Below are positions 48,742 to 62,260 of a stretch of DNA of 64,000 nucleotides, one piece after another (position 1 is the first letter of the stretch; every line of letters starts with the position of its first letter). The stretch covers positions 54,624,001-54,688,000 of the forward strand of contig OZ076409.1 in assembly GCA_964187785.1 (NCBI GenBank), in the 5' to 3' direction. A program made the position numbers and the translations under genes. Origin of the DNA: Amphiscolops sp. MND2022. Lineage: Eukaryota. The notes under the pieces are model-generated. The model had not been told where the DNA came from. It worked only from the letters and a program-made list of their open reading frames with translations, and did not search any database.

Positions 48742-51700
48742 TTATAGGTTATGCACCGAAAAGATGTTTGTATTCATCATTCTTGATAATTAATGTAGAC
48801 AACTTTAAAAAAATTAAGGCAACTGAATGCTAACAATGGAAATCAACTGTATGGAGGTAAATGAACTTTAAGTATGTGTCACACATTGATCGCAGCGAAA
48901 AAATAATTAATGGAAACATTGGAAAGTCAATGAAACAAATGATCTAAGAACTGAATGAATGAATCACACGTTAAACTACCCTTTTTCGGTGCTATATCAG
49001 GGGCACAGCAAAGTTTTAGTGAAAAGTACTGTTTTTGTTTTCTCAATAGGTTTTGACAGCAGATCGGCCGGAATTCTATCAGTAGGGTAAAACTCTAGTG
49101 AAATTTCTCCCTGTTCCGTTTTTTCTTGAAGAAAACAAGGTTTTATAGCAAAATGCTTTGTCTTGTTATGATTGATTGAGTGTTTGCTTAGAGCTATGCA
49201 TGCTTGATTGTCAACAAACACGCTCACACGTCGCGCCACAACAACTCCAAGCTCAGTCAATACACCACAAACATACTCCAATTCTTGGAGGGTAACAGTG
49301 CAAGCATTGACTTCAGCTTCGGCGGTTGACAGAGCAACACTAGCTTGCAACTTACTAGTCCAACACACACAACCACACCACTCACACTGTTCAATTTTAC
49401 ACACACGTCGTTTGTACTCTTTCTCGATGTCACCTCACCGGCCCAATCTGCGTCAGCGAAAGCACACCCAGTCACAGCTACTTCACACATTCTAAACACG
49501 AGTTCATGTAGCTTGGTTCCTTTCAAATACCTCAAAATTCATTCAGTGGCCATCCAATGTTCTTTTGATGGATGCTCTAGGAACCTACCTAAGACGTGAG
49601 AGTCACGAGCAATGTCAGGGCGACTGCTAAATGCTAAGTAGTTTAAACTACCAACTAATCGTCTCTAATCTCTTCGATCCATTATGATTTGTTCATCATA
49701 ATCCTGTTCTTTGTTACTTTCTCGTTCAAACTTCGTTCTGGTAACGGACTTTGTACTGGTATACACTCTTCCACGTTGAAGCGTTTCAGAAGATCATCAA
49801 TGTACTTCTCCTGATTCACTGCTATTTTACCTTCTCTTACGTCTATCTTCATCCCGAGAAACCAAATAAATGAATTATAGTCACTCACTTCAAATTGTTC
49901 TTTCTTTTTCTTCTCGAACCATTCAACAAAACTATCCTGTCGTCCCCAATAAAGAATATCATCCACCCACACACACACACAACACACAACTCATCACCAG
50001 TATCTCTCACAAACAAGCATTTGTCATTTATACATGCTCGAAATCCGATTCCTTCTAGGAACGTCTTCAGTGTCAAATACCAATTGCGCCCAAACTGTTT
50101 AAGTCCGTATAAACTCTTTCGCAACTTACAGTACACTTGGTTACCTTCGTTATTTTCAATTTCAAAACCTTCCGGTTGTTCCATATAGATGTTCTCTTCT
50201 ATGTCTGCATTGAAATATGCGTTTTGATGTCCATCTGTCCTTGTTTTACTTGATACTGCGCTGCAAGGTTCAACAGAATCCGTATTGTGGACATTGTCGC
50301 GGTTGGTGAATAGTTTTCGACGAAATCGCGACCCCCAACTTGTGAAAACCTTTTCGCAACAAATCGGGCATTGCATTTCATGAAACTTCCGTCTTCGTTG
50401 TGTTTCAATGAGAAGTGGCCTTTTCCTGCAGCGGCTTAGTTTCCTTTGGTAGTTTCTCTAATGTCCAAAATTTGTTGCTACATAAGGAATCGAAATCAGC
50501 TTTTTTTGCTTCCTTCCACAGCGGATCTTCCAATGCTTCTTGAACGGAACTAGGTACCTCAGTAACAGTCTGACTTGGTTCATTCCTTGCATTGAATGAC
50601 ACTTCAACGCCCAGAACAACCGTGTCATGAACTTGACTAGATGGGATGTTGTTCACATTTGGTTGACCTGCCTTGGTTCCATAGTAAAACTAATTCTCAT
50701 TAAACCTCACAATTCTTGTTTTGATCTTCTTGGTTGCTCCTTTTTCATCTATTCCAACTATGGACGTTTTGCTGTTCTCTGCAAAACCTAGAAGACTCCA
50801 ATTTTTGCTCTTTCGTCGAATTTACCTCAAAACTGCTTCTCTACAAAACTATAAACTTTGCAGCCAAATACTTTGTTGCGACTTAAATTCGGCTTTTCAT
50901 CGCACATCCTTTCAAACGGTGTTTGCTTGGTTGCTGAGTGTAAGAGCATGTTTTTGATGTAAAATGCATAGTTCAGTGCGTATGTCCAATATTCATTGTC
51001 CATGTTGGCCTGATGGATCATACACCTGCCCATTCCACAAATGGTTCATCACACTCTCTCATTTTTCGCGTTATCGTCCGGTGTATACGGTGCAGAGGTT
51101 TCCTGTCTGATGCCTTTGTTCCAACAAAATGTATTCATGTGTCCGCCAACAAACTCTTTTACACAGTCGGTAACAAGTACTCTTGGTTCTTGGTTTCCTC
51201 ATATCTGCACAGTAATGCTCAAATTTCGCTGCTACTTCGTCACGGTTTTTCATGAAGAAAACCTTACCATAGCGACTGTAACTATCTTGGAATCCGATGG
51301 CGTACTTATGACCATCCACTGATACTGGTGACACAGGGTCTAGAACGTCACAATGTACGGAGTCCAATGTCTCGTTGGCCCGTGTAGTGCAGTCTATGGG
51401 TACAGGTCTTCTTTTGTCTTTGTTAACCTCACACACTTCACACACGAACACGTCATTTTCACACACATCAATTCCAAAAACATGGTCCGTCAATTTTTTC
51501 AAGTCTTCCAAGTTATTATGACCCAGTCGGTCATGACACTTACTTAGTTTACAGGATAGGCACGTCTCATGCTTGGTTGCTCTCAGATCAGGGACTACTC
51601 TCTAAACGAACAAATGATTTTCTTGTTCTATGTGAAACTTGGTTCCTTCAGACGTTGTTAAAGAGTTTTCTTCTCTCTCCACGAATCTCCAGCCCGACTT

Positions 51701-53744
51701 TCTTCAATAGCGCTACGGACACTAGGTTTCTGTCGTACGCCGGCACGTACTAAGCATCCCGCAACTCGACTCTTTTCGCGTTACCTTCGCTATCCTCTAC
51801 ACAGAAGACAGCGCGGCCTTTTACGCACAGTTTTGACTCCGTATTGTTGGCACATCCAACTACTCCTCTCATCAATCTCCTTTTTCAGTTCGGCGAACAC
51901 TTTCCTGTCTTTGATCATGTGGTTCGTGCAACCACTATCCACCACCAAGTCAAAATTACTTACTTCAATTTTTTCATGTGCAAAGAATGAAAATTGACCT
52001 CCTCATATTCGCCTGAATCATCCTGTTGCACGGCTAATCTTGCCTCATCGGGCCTTGGTTGCTTTGATTTCCTCTCAATTTGAAACAAGTGTTTAAGGTG
52101 TGTCCTTTTCTCTTGCAGAGGTTACAAAATCTTTCCAGCATCCGATGATTACTATCGCGGGAAGTCACTTGGGATCGACAATCCTTCGCTATATGTCCTG
52201 GTTTACTGCATTTGAAACAGACGCGAAGTTGTCCAAAATTCTTGGTTTGCTTGGTCTCTGCTCATGGTTTTTGTATACACTCAAATGATTTGGGACCTGG
52301 TCTTCCTCAGAGATGACATTTAGTTTCGTTACGACAGAGGAACGTGGTTTCTTCTACTCTTGGTTTCCTTCGGTGGGTGTCGAAATTTATCAGATCCCTC
52401 TTCACTTCATCCAAATCATTGGTTTCCTTGGTAAATTTTACGAGGGCACAAAACGTCTTGAATTTCTTGGGAAGACTCTTTAACAAAATTGATATAAACA
52501 TTTGCTTGCTTAGCGCTTCGTCCACTTCACTTAGGTTGTACTGTAGGTCTTCAGTTCTCTTAATGTTATCAACAATGGTTTCATTTCAATCCTTTCTTAG
52601 TGAGGTCAGTTTCTCAATCAGCTGCTGCAACTCTTTTGACGGTCACACAAGACTTTCCACCCAGCTGGATCATCACCTTTGTAACTTCTTACGAACAACA
52701 GAGACTTTTTATCCAAGCTATTGCACTAATTCGCACCAGATCTTAGACTTTTTGTCTGCCAAAAATTCCGCTGCCTTTTCGTTAGCTACCTGCCTTTCTC
52801 TCGATTGAACCCCTCCTTGCTTTCGGTGTACAAGACTCAACACCTTCACTTCCATTCTGCACACCAAACAGTCTCAACAAATACATTCTAGCCTCAAACT
52901 GTTCACAAAACAAAACAAAGTCATCCTCGCTCTCAGAAAATTTGATACTTTCCAACTTCCTTTCAACACTCAGAGCCATGACAATCAAACATGCAACACT
53001 CAGATGTCAAATGTTATTGATTTTAAAATCAATGTTCAAACAAAAAAGATAGGCAACCATTTTTGTATTTCGAATTGATGACAAGATATTCACTATATGG
53101 CAAGTCTGATAACAAAACGAAAATGAACTTATTTCACTACTGTTTAATCAATCAGAATGTTTGTTTTCATCATCAAGAATTGAAATGCATTTTTCCAAAA
53201 AAATCGTTTTTTTTTGTTTTTATTCAGAGGGGAATTTCTTATATGGGAAGAGATCTAGCACTAATTAATGAAAGAGTTCAAAGTTCTTCGTAATAGTTTA
53301 AAAAGTTTTTCTGGGTTCAAAAAGTTTTCGTAAAGTTGTGAAATTCAATTGTAGAACTTTCTCTTCAACTGTCCGCAGACTCTGTTTATCAAATTCCAAC
53401 CTTTTCTTTGAAATCGTCAACCTTTCTCGCAGAAAATGTTGCTCCTCTAATGTCCCATTCAATCACTTGGGACCACAGACTCCAGTGGAATCGTTCTGGG
53501 CCCATAACCTTATAGGTTATGCACCGAAAAGATGTTTGTAATCATCATTCTGGTTAATTAATGTGGACAACTTTAAAGAATTATAGGCAACTGAATGCTA
53601 GCAATGGAAATCAACTATATGGAGGTAAATCAACTTTAAGTATGCATCACACCTTGAACGCACCGAAAAAACAATTAATGAAAACGTTGGAAAGTCAATG
53701 AAACAAATAATCTAAGAACTGAATGAATGAATCATACGTTGAAA
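48742..53744 (-). mobile_element. Decayed full-length Ty1/Copia LTR retrotransposon
   Basis: ~235-bp LTRs at 48742-48975 and 53510-53744, TSD GTGGC/GTGAC, PBS GGTTATGGGCCCAG, PPT GAAAAAGGGTAG. Order gag, PR (VVDSGCTNHM), IN, RT (LRKSLYGLKQ, VWVDDIL), RNase H (ADWAG, STAEAE). Confidence 0.92.
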
Positions 53745-54139
53745 GTGACATAATGCATAATAAAGTTCGCAAAACGCCACAGGAAAAAATATGCAAAGTA
53801 TTTTTGTCATTGCTCATTGATGTCCAAACAAAATTTATCCCCGTAATTCTGATTGAAATTCCAGAACGTTTGTGTAAATTTATAGCGTGAAAAATTTTGC
53901 CATTTGAAGTTTTTCAGTCAGCGAAATCAAGTGTTTTAAGTTTTTTGGTACCCTTGTTCAGTCCCCTTAAGGTCTCAAACTTTGTCAAAAAGTATAGCGC
54001 TGAAAATACATTGCTGGGGTTTTCATAAAAAATTCTGCGACTCGGCTTGGCTCCTGGTAGAGAGAACTCCCGAATGTAAAAAGCACAAATCAGTGAAAAA
54101 AACCATGAAGGAAACTAAGAAAAGCTGCAAATAACTAAC

Positions 54140-54343
54140 ACAATAGCTGAAACCAGTGCAGATAGGGTCTTTCATTGTCATACATGCGGCGAAGCAGGCG
54201 TCACTGTTCAGTGCGCTGTAGTTGTTCACAGATTCCGCGAAGGGCTTTAAGCAAGGGCACTCTTGGTAAAATTGAGAAACCTCGAAAGGTGTAATCTTCA
54301 TCATTACAGCGTAGAAGCTTGCGAGAATTATAAATGAACGCAT
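54140..54343 (-). CDS. Host gene exon 1: signal peptide and PAN/apple domain start
   Basis: MRSFIILASFYAVMM..SDACFAACMTMKDPICTGFSYC, exactly 68 codons, then a GTTAGT donor at 54139. Confidence 0.75.
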
Positions 54344-56052
54344 TGCAATGTTTCAAGTCAGCTGGAAATGTTATTTGAAAATGTGGATTTTTAAGCTTCT
54401 TGAAAATTTTTGACAAGTTTTATAATCGAAATTTCATTATCATATTTTAAAGATGAGTTCCCATAAAATCATGGTAAACTTGTTTTCGACGTATTGAAGT
54501 GCTTTACATACATTATTTTTGTTCAATTATGTGAACACGTTTCCGTACCTCATTGGACCGAATAACCATCCAAAGGAAGTAATATGTCTGAAAATTTTAA
54601 AAATGTATTCGATAAATGCAGCTGGTTTTGTCCTTGATCATTTTTAGAAGCGCTTGTAGACCAATTGCTGAAGGAACCAAAAGATCTATGCAAAACTATG
54701 CCATTCATTTTGACGAGTTGACGCCCATAGGTGTCGCAGACTGCCGCCTGTGCTGTGATGGCACAAGATTAACAAGGTGTTTAATTTGTGGTCGTTCAGC
54801 CGATGCTATCAAGGAAGAAAAGGTTGATACATACATGAGGAGATCGACGCCCAGAAACGAGCCGGATCAAGTGACGAAACTCCGAAGAGGAAGGCTATGA
54901 AAACGGTCTGAACGCAGGCGTGTTTCTCTTCTTAACACCAGCAGTGTCGCAGGATGCCGCCTGTGATGGCACTAGAATAACAACAACAGCAGATGATCAG
55001 GAAATAGCGCCCGGAACCGTCTCCATTTATTAAAATAAAAAACTAATAAACATTTTTAGTCAGTGAATTGTACTTATTAAGTTATTTTAGAAACATTGTT
55101 GCTCTCGTTATTTTATTAGTCTGTTAACCGTTGGTAATGATCGACTTTATTGTTAAGCTTTTGCAAAATTGGCAAATAAAATGTAAACTGAGATAAGCAA
55201 GCCAAGCAGCAGAAAGGAAACGTGTTTAAGTGTGGAAACGTCCTTTGTCGGCAACGCTGCTTGCTGGCGACAATTCAGCCAATCATGGTGCAGTGCTCTA
55301 ATGCTATTTTGAAGTGCTATTAATATGAGCCAATTACGTCCAAGTGACTAAACAAAGCTCACAAGTGGAAGAACGCCATTCAAGTGGCCGGTTTCGGTCA
55401 CCTATTCCTTTAATTACGTGTTGTGTGCTACCTTATTAAAAAAATTATATAGGCCTGTCTAAACAGTACGCAAGTTGTTTTCGTTTGTCTATTACAGTAA
55501 ATAAGGACTGCCAAGTAATGATTTGTTATTCGGAGCTGCTATCTTTCATGTGCCGGTCCTTGGGCCAATTGTGATAAAAGCCATGTTCATTTTGGATCAA
55601 GCTGAGTTGATATTAAAATCAGAACAAGGAAATTAGTGCAATACCTAACCAGATGTACATTTGTTTACGTGCTCAAGTATGTTGTTAGATATGTTGATAC
55701 ATATTTCTAATACCGTTAGTATATTGAAGGTATTAGACTTTGTTGATGTCACTACTTAGCTGATGTATTTTCCTTTAGGCTTGATTAGTCTAAAATCCTA
55801 AGGTGCTTTGATAGTGTTGATACCGCCATTGGAGTGTAATGTTAATAACAGTTGCTCACCTTGGTCATGTTCACTTTATAGAATTTGTTGTTTATAATCA
55901 TACGTCACTCTTTTTGATGAAACACAATTGGAATGTTGTTTTGTCTATTCAGTAATATAAAAAATTTGAATGTCACCCTCTCAGGAGTATATTTACCCTA
56001 ATTTTTCCCGAGAGAGATACAATTTGTTCAGTTCGACTACCATTCACACACC

Positions 56053-59000
56053 TTGAAAGTATCCAAACCTGATTTCCTGATAAAATGCTACAGTCAGGTT
56101 TTCTTGATGCCTAGTACTAGAAAACAGGAGAAAGCTAGAAAATCTAGAGTAACAGAAATGTTATCAGACATAGAAAATCTAGATATTATGTTGAGAGGCA
56201 ATCACTTAGAAAGGGAAGGAAGTGAGTTTAGTGGCTCCATTAGGAGACCTGATAGTCCAAATTTCAATGCACCAGAAAATATTGAAGAGGACATGTACCC
56301 TAATTGTAGGGAAAAAAGATCAAAAAAAGTGCGCATTATGGCCATATTTCAGCTGGTACAGACTCTAGTGCTGAGTTTAGCAGATTTTGAGGCGAGCTCA
56401 GTTTAAGGATCTCGAGAGAAACAGATGCAGTGATGAACAGTGTCAGCGTTCAAATACAAAGGGCTATTTATGATGCAATAAGCAATCAAGTTTTGCCCCA
56501 AATTCAAAACGCCCTCAGGATCGGTTCTGGACAGATGACACAGAAAGGATAGAACGTCTCGACCGAGAGACCGGAATGTAACTCCGAAGGTACTCCTAGT
56601 CAGAAAATCAGGAGTAATTCAAAGATTGAACCTTTCGTAATCATTTCCATGATGAAAATGCAGACAATTCTCACGACATGGTGACAGGAGACATTGAATC
56701 TATAGTTATGGTTCCTGAGTTTCTCACGGAACGAGTTTCATCAAGAACAGCTCTCAACCAATCTCACGATGATCACAATCCATTGCTTGATACAACAGTA
56801 CCAGCTCAAGTAAGAGTCACACCAGTGGCCGTGCGGGACCCAAATATTAGACTGGCAGACGCCTTGACAAATCTCCAGAATCGTCCAACAGCCCAACAGC
56901 TCACTATCCGCCCAGTCAACTCTAACACAATGACTTTCGATGGCAAGAGTGAGTCATTTGAGCTGTTCGAGGATTTATTTCATACAATGATCAAGATGCA
57001 GCCAGAGATGTCTGAACAGATGAAAATCAATCACTTCCACTCACTCCTTAAGAAAAGAGCTCTACAAACGTTCAGAAACATCAGCACGGGCAACAAGCAA
57101 ACTCGTGTAGACGTGCTATTTCCAGACGGAAATACGTCAAACCAGAGTCTCAAGCGACTGCTGAACATAAATGACACCGCTGGGTATTTGATCCTAACAA
57201 GATGAGGCTACCAGTCTTCCGTGAAGAATTGAAGCAAGGGGCAGAAAAGGCGTTTGGTGACCATGCTCAAAAAATGATTGACAGTCTCCTTTACGCAAAA
57301 CTGACACCAAAATTGAAAAGATCAGTCAACAGGGCTAGATTAGAAAACGGCTCATACGACGAAATTGTGGCCCACCTCGAGAGAGAATTAGAGCTCAAAA
57401 TGCGTGAAGAGTTTCACGACCTACCCATGGCAACCATGACTTCTTCCACTTTCAAGCAGAAGAGCTTTGTCTCTAATGGGCTATCATCCGATATTACCTG
57501 CAATCATTGCAACGAAAAAAGCAACCAGGTCGAGGCATGTGAGAAACTCAAAAAGAAGGAGCAGAAAGATGCGCAAAAAAGCAAACCGACTCAGAAAAAG
57601 TTTTACCTTCAGTATGGAACTTGTGGCAAGAAGAATCACCCTGAAAAAACATGCTGGCAAGGCTCAGGCGCGCATCTCAAGCTTAAACGTACTAGGCCTG
57701 AAGACTCCTCGGATAACAATCCATACTCGAAGGTACAAAAGCCGCAATATAACTCAGCATCACCTAGCTCCCAGTCCACATCCAAAAAGGACGACTCAAA
57801 GAACTAACTTCGCCACGACTCTAACACAACGACCTAGTATCAGTCCGACAATATGTCAGATATGACCTTCCAACAAAAATATTTCACGAATATCAACAAC
57901 ATTTGATGGGGTATCCTTCTGTTGTCTGGCAGCAAAAGTTAGAAAAAGCTACCATCATCACATACAACAACGCTCATTTGTACCAACAGCCAATTCTTGC
58001 TTAAGACCCTGAATATACAACAAACTTTAACACCCGATTCAGGCCCATTCCCTTAATCGTTGACTATAACCTGTCATACATCAATCCAGACTATGACAGA
58101 GATCCCTACTGGGACATTGAAATCTATAACCAGGACTTTGCAATCTATAACGGAAATCTAAAACCAGAAACTGCAATCCCAGCACGTTCTAGATGATGTT
58201 GAACTATACAAGAAACCAGTCCACAAAAATCTATCGATAACTCATAATAATAAAAGTAGAGCACTCATTAAAAACTGGCAAATGAATGATGGCAACACCC
58301 ATCCAGTGTTCCCAAGACACATGGTCACCGAGAATACCGAAACTAACGTTGAGCCGACGCCTCAGTCACTATTGTAAAAAACATTCTAAAACGTCCTTAT
58401 CACCAAAGATGGTGAGCTTGACCGTAGACCACTCTCTAACAACTTCAACTTCAAATGCCAGAAGCGAATGTTGTATTTCCCAATGGACTTTGAGGAATTG
58501 AGCATAGACGGCCTAATCGACACTGGGGCATTGTCCAGTGCAATTCCTGAAATGGACCTCCGGAAAATCCGTTTACTTTCTCCGCCCGCATCCAAACTTT
58601 TAATTAATGGTCGCTAATGGACAATTGAAAGCTCTTAAGAGTAAAATTGAACTGAAATTTGAGGTTGGTGATATCGAGATCCATGAAATCTTCAATGTAA
58701 TGGGGAATCTGACGGGACCGACATTTCGACTATTGTTCATTCAGAGAAACCATACAGTTCTGGACATAGGGCAAGGCATTCTAAACTTTCCATTCTTTCG
58801 ATGCTGCTCAAAACAGAAAATCATCGATACTCCAATGTTCTTGAGCCAATCCTGAATCAGACTGAAATAACCATTCCGCCCAACGATGGAGTCCTAAACA
58901 GGACAAGCTCCTTACTCTATCCTGAGAACGCAGTCACCGGCATACTTCAACTAAGTGACCTTCTACAAGAAGCAGGGGACATTACCTTTTGCCCTGCAAG

Positions 59001-62000
59001 GGTCACATTGACTGAAGGCAATTTTCAAATACCAGTGAGTAATTTCACGGATCACCCCTTTAAACTCAAGAAGGGACTTCCTATTGCTAACTTCTCAGTC
59101 ATGACACCGGAACAGATGAAATATGTCAAACCGGTCAATCCAGTGTCAACCTGGCATTTATTACAAAATGACCAGGAGCAAGCAGGCCTTTGTGTTAGCA
59201 GTCTTATCAAGACAAACAAAAATCCGCAAAACTCTGAAATCTATTTGTTTCCTACACCAGAGAGTCCTGGAAACCCTGACGAACACACGTCTATCCAAAA
59301 AATCCTATGTGAATTGCAGTCATTACGAGACCTGGAGACGCCACAATGGACAAGGAATCCAGGGCAAAGTTCAAAGAAGACTTCGACTGGAAAGATTCCA
59401 CTGTTGCGCCAGAAAAAATAGCGAAGATTTAAGAACCACCTGTGGAGTTCCATGATATCTTTGCAAGACGCCGATTTGACATCGGCATGAATGAAGAATT
59501 CAAAGTGAAACTGACACCTAAGAACGATTCCCCAGCTTACCGTCAAAGTCTTCCAGCACCGATCCACTTGAAAGAAGACATTCTCGTTGAACCATGCTAA
59601 GAGCCATGCTACACAGATATGGCCTTATCACAACACTTCCGTTTTCCAATAATGCTAGTCCAATAGTTGCGCAGAAAAAGCCAAATGAGAAACTCCGACA
59701 ACTGGTTGACTTGAAAAAAAATCAGCATTTCAATATCGGAGGATTATATAAAAAATAAACATCCTGTCAGCACCGTAAACCGATGCTGCCCAGCACATGG
59801 CAGGGAAAAAATTCTTTTGTAAACTGAAATGCTCACAAGCATATCATTGCCTGCAGATGGCCGACCAACGCTCAAAAGAGATGTTGGCCTTCAATTTTGC
59901 TAGCCTCACGTTTGCATACATACGTTTGGCACAAGGCCTTAGCAGAGCGCTTTCAGCATTTTCAACCTTTATGAGAGAATACCTTGGCAAAGTCATCATA
60001 GCGGACCAATGTGCTCAAAATGTGGACGACATCGGCATTGCGGCCAATGACGCTGACCACCTCATTGTCATCTGACAGCAACTTTGAAATGCATCCAGGA
60101 GGCAGGCCCTAAGTTGACAATGCACGAATGTCATTTTGGTGCAACAGAAATTGACTTCCTCGACTAACCACAAAAGCAAAATGTAGAGATCATCCTCGAG
60201 AAGACCAAACTCCCGAAGTCGAAAAAGGCTTTACAACGCTATTTGGGATTCTTGAATTACTACCAAAGTTATGTCTCAAGACTGTCCGAACGCCTAGCCC
60301 ATTCTACAAGATGCTCAAAAGTGACCAAAAGGTCCTAGTATCTAAAGAATTGGTTCAACAATTTGAGGAAATTAACAAAACTCTAGACAAATGTTGCGAT
60401 CTAGCTCTGCAGCAGCCTCTCCCTAACAAGCAGGTTCCGGTAATGACAGCTGCAAGTTTTGCCGCTGCAGGATATGTGGTACTCATAGAAGACGACCCTG
60501 ACCAGTAAATTGCCTCACTCCGCAAATCTCATATGCACCGGTCGTCTATGGTTCAAAAACTTTCACCCCAGCCCGAAACAAGATGTCCATATATGCAAAG
60601 GAATTTCTCGCGATTTACTTCGCATTCAAAAAGTTTGGACAATTTTCTGGGGAGCGCCAAAACCGGTCATAATGCTCACTGACAACAAAGCCGTAACTCG
60701 TTTTTTTTTCAAACGAAAATTGTACCCTCAACCCTGTGGAACGCTTGTGATCCAGTTCAATTTTGTCAAAGCCCTCATCCCAGGAGCACAAAATACGGCA
60801 GCGGAACACCTATCCCGCCTAGAATCGGATCCAAGAGACAAACTAGTCATGAAGATCCGCAAGGATGTGCAAACTTTACCAATAGAAATCAATGTCCAAT
60901 CAGCAGAAGTGGCACAGGAAGACCAAGTTTTCTATACAAACGATGATGATGAAACTGAAGAACATTGTAGGGCGAGGAAGGAAGCAATTCAAAGAAGTCC
61001 CGCCACTGAGATACAAACCCGAAACTGGATTGCGGTAAACCAACCAGATCATTATCGAGCAATCTAAAGATGCAGTATTACAGCATTTGAAGTCAAAACT
61101 CCTTCATGAGGAATATTCAGAAAACGTTATGCAACAAGATGTTCGATATCGACACTACGCTAACAATTTAGAACGAATTGTAGTCAAGGAGGATATCCTG
61201 ACTAGGCAATACTTCGAAGAAACAGGGAACGTAAATTATCATCAAATTCTTCTCACGCAACACTTTCTCCAGGAACTGCTTCAATCCCTTCAGGGGACAG
61301 CCCATAGGCACCCTGGCAAATCGAAAACGTTACAGGCGATCAGAGAGAGGTATTATTACCCTAACTTAGCTAAATATGTTAAAAAGTGGGTAGAAGAGTG
61401 TGAGCAATGCGCAAAAGACAAGCGAGTCCCTAATGCAACAATCACACCTGAACTACTCAATTTGCCGGAATGGGGACCTTGCACACGAAGATGCCATGAA
61501 AATCGACTTTTTGACGAACCTTCCGACAAGTGGCGGATATGAAAATGTGCTCACTGCGATCGATGTTTTTTCACGCGTATCCTCTGTCGGACGCATCAGC
61601 AATCAATGTAGCAAAGTTATCATTGATATTATGACCAAACCTTCTCATCTACCGACATCACTTATCACGGAAGAAGAACGGCACTCACATCCACAATTAT
61701 TGCGGAAATGCACAAATTTTGGGTATCACACTAAACACTAAAATGTGCATCCACCAAGCATCCGCAAACGATCGGGAAACTAGAACAAACACATGCATCT
61801 CCCAAGACAAATCTCAAAATGGCATATGGGGGAATATCGCCGACAATGGCATAAATATTTGCCTTTAGCTGTTCTGAAACAATACGAGTTATCACGCGAG
61901 TATTGGCTGTGAACCGACACTGGTATTCCATGGACGTATTCCATACAAAATTCTGGATCACAAGCTAAGGAATAACGAGCAAACTTCGCCTACAACTGAA

Positions 62001-62260
62001 TTTGCTGAAGAACTTCAAAATCGGACAAAACTCCCTATTGACAAAACGAAACAAAATAGTATGCAATCCTACCTTAAATATAAGGAGTATTAAGACCGCA
62101 AAGCGAGAGTGGCTCCACTCGAGGAGAACGAATATTATTTTGTTTCACAGCCGAGAGCTGATCACCAAGGGTGAAAAATCCCACTTAGGGATTACCGTTG
62201 GGTTAGACCATTTGTAGTGCAAAAATATTAACTAACGAAAATTAAATAGTACGCCGACTC
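56053..62260 (+). mobile_element. Decayed Ty3/Gypsy gag-pol (LTR boundaries unresolved)
   Basis: Gag (FDGKSESFELFEDLF, degenerate CCHC knuckles), PR (LIDTGA), RT (LKCSQAYH, QNVDD), RNase H, IN (HRHPG..CEQC, IDVFSR). Many frameshifts. Confidence 0.88.
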
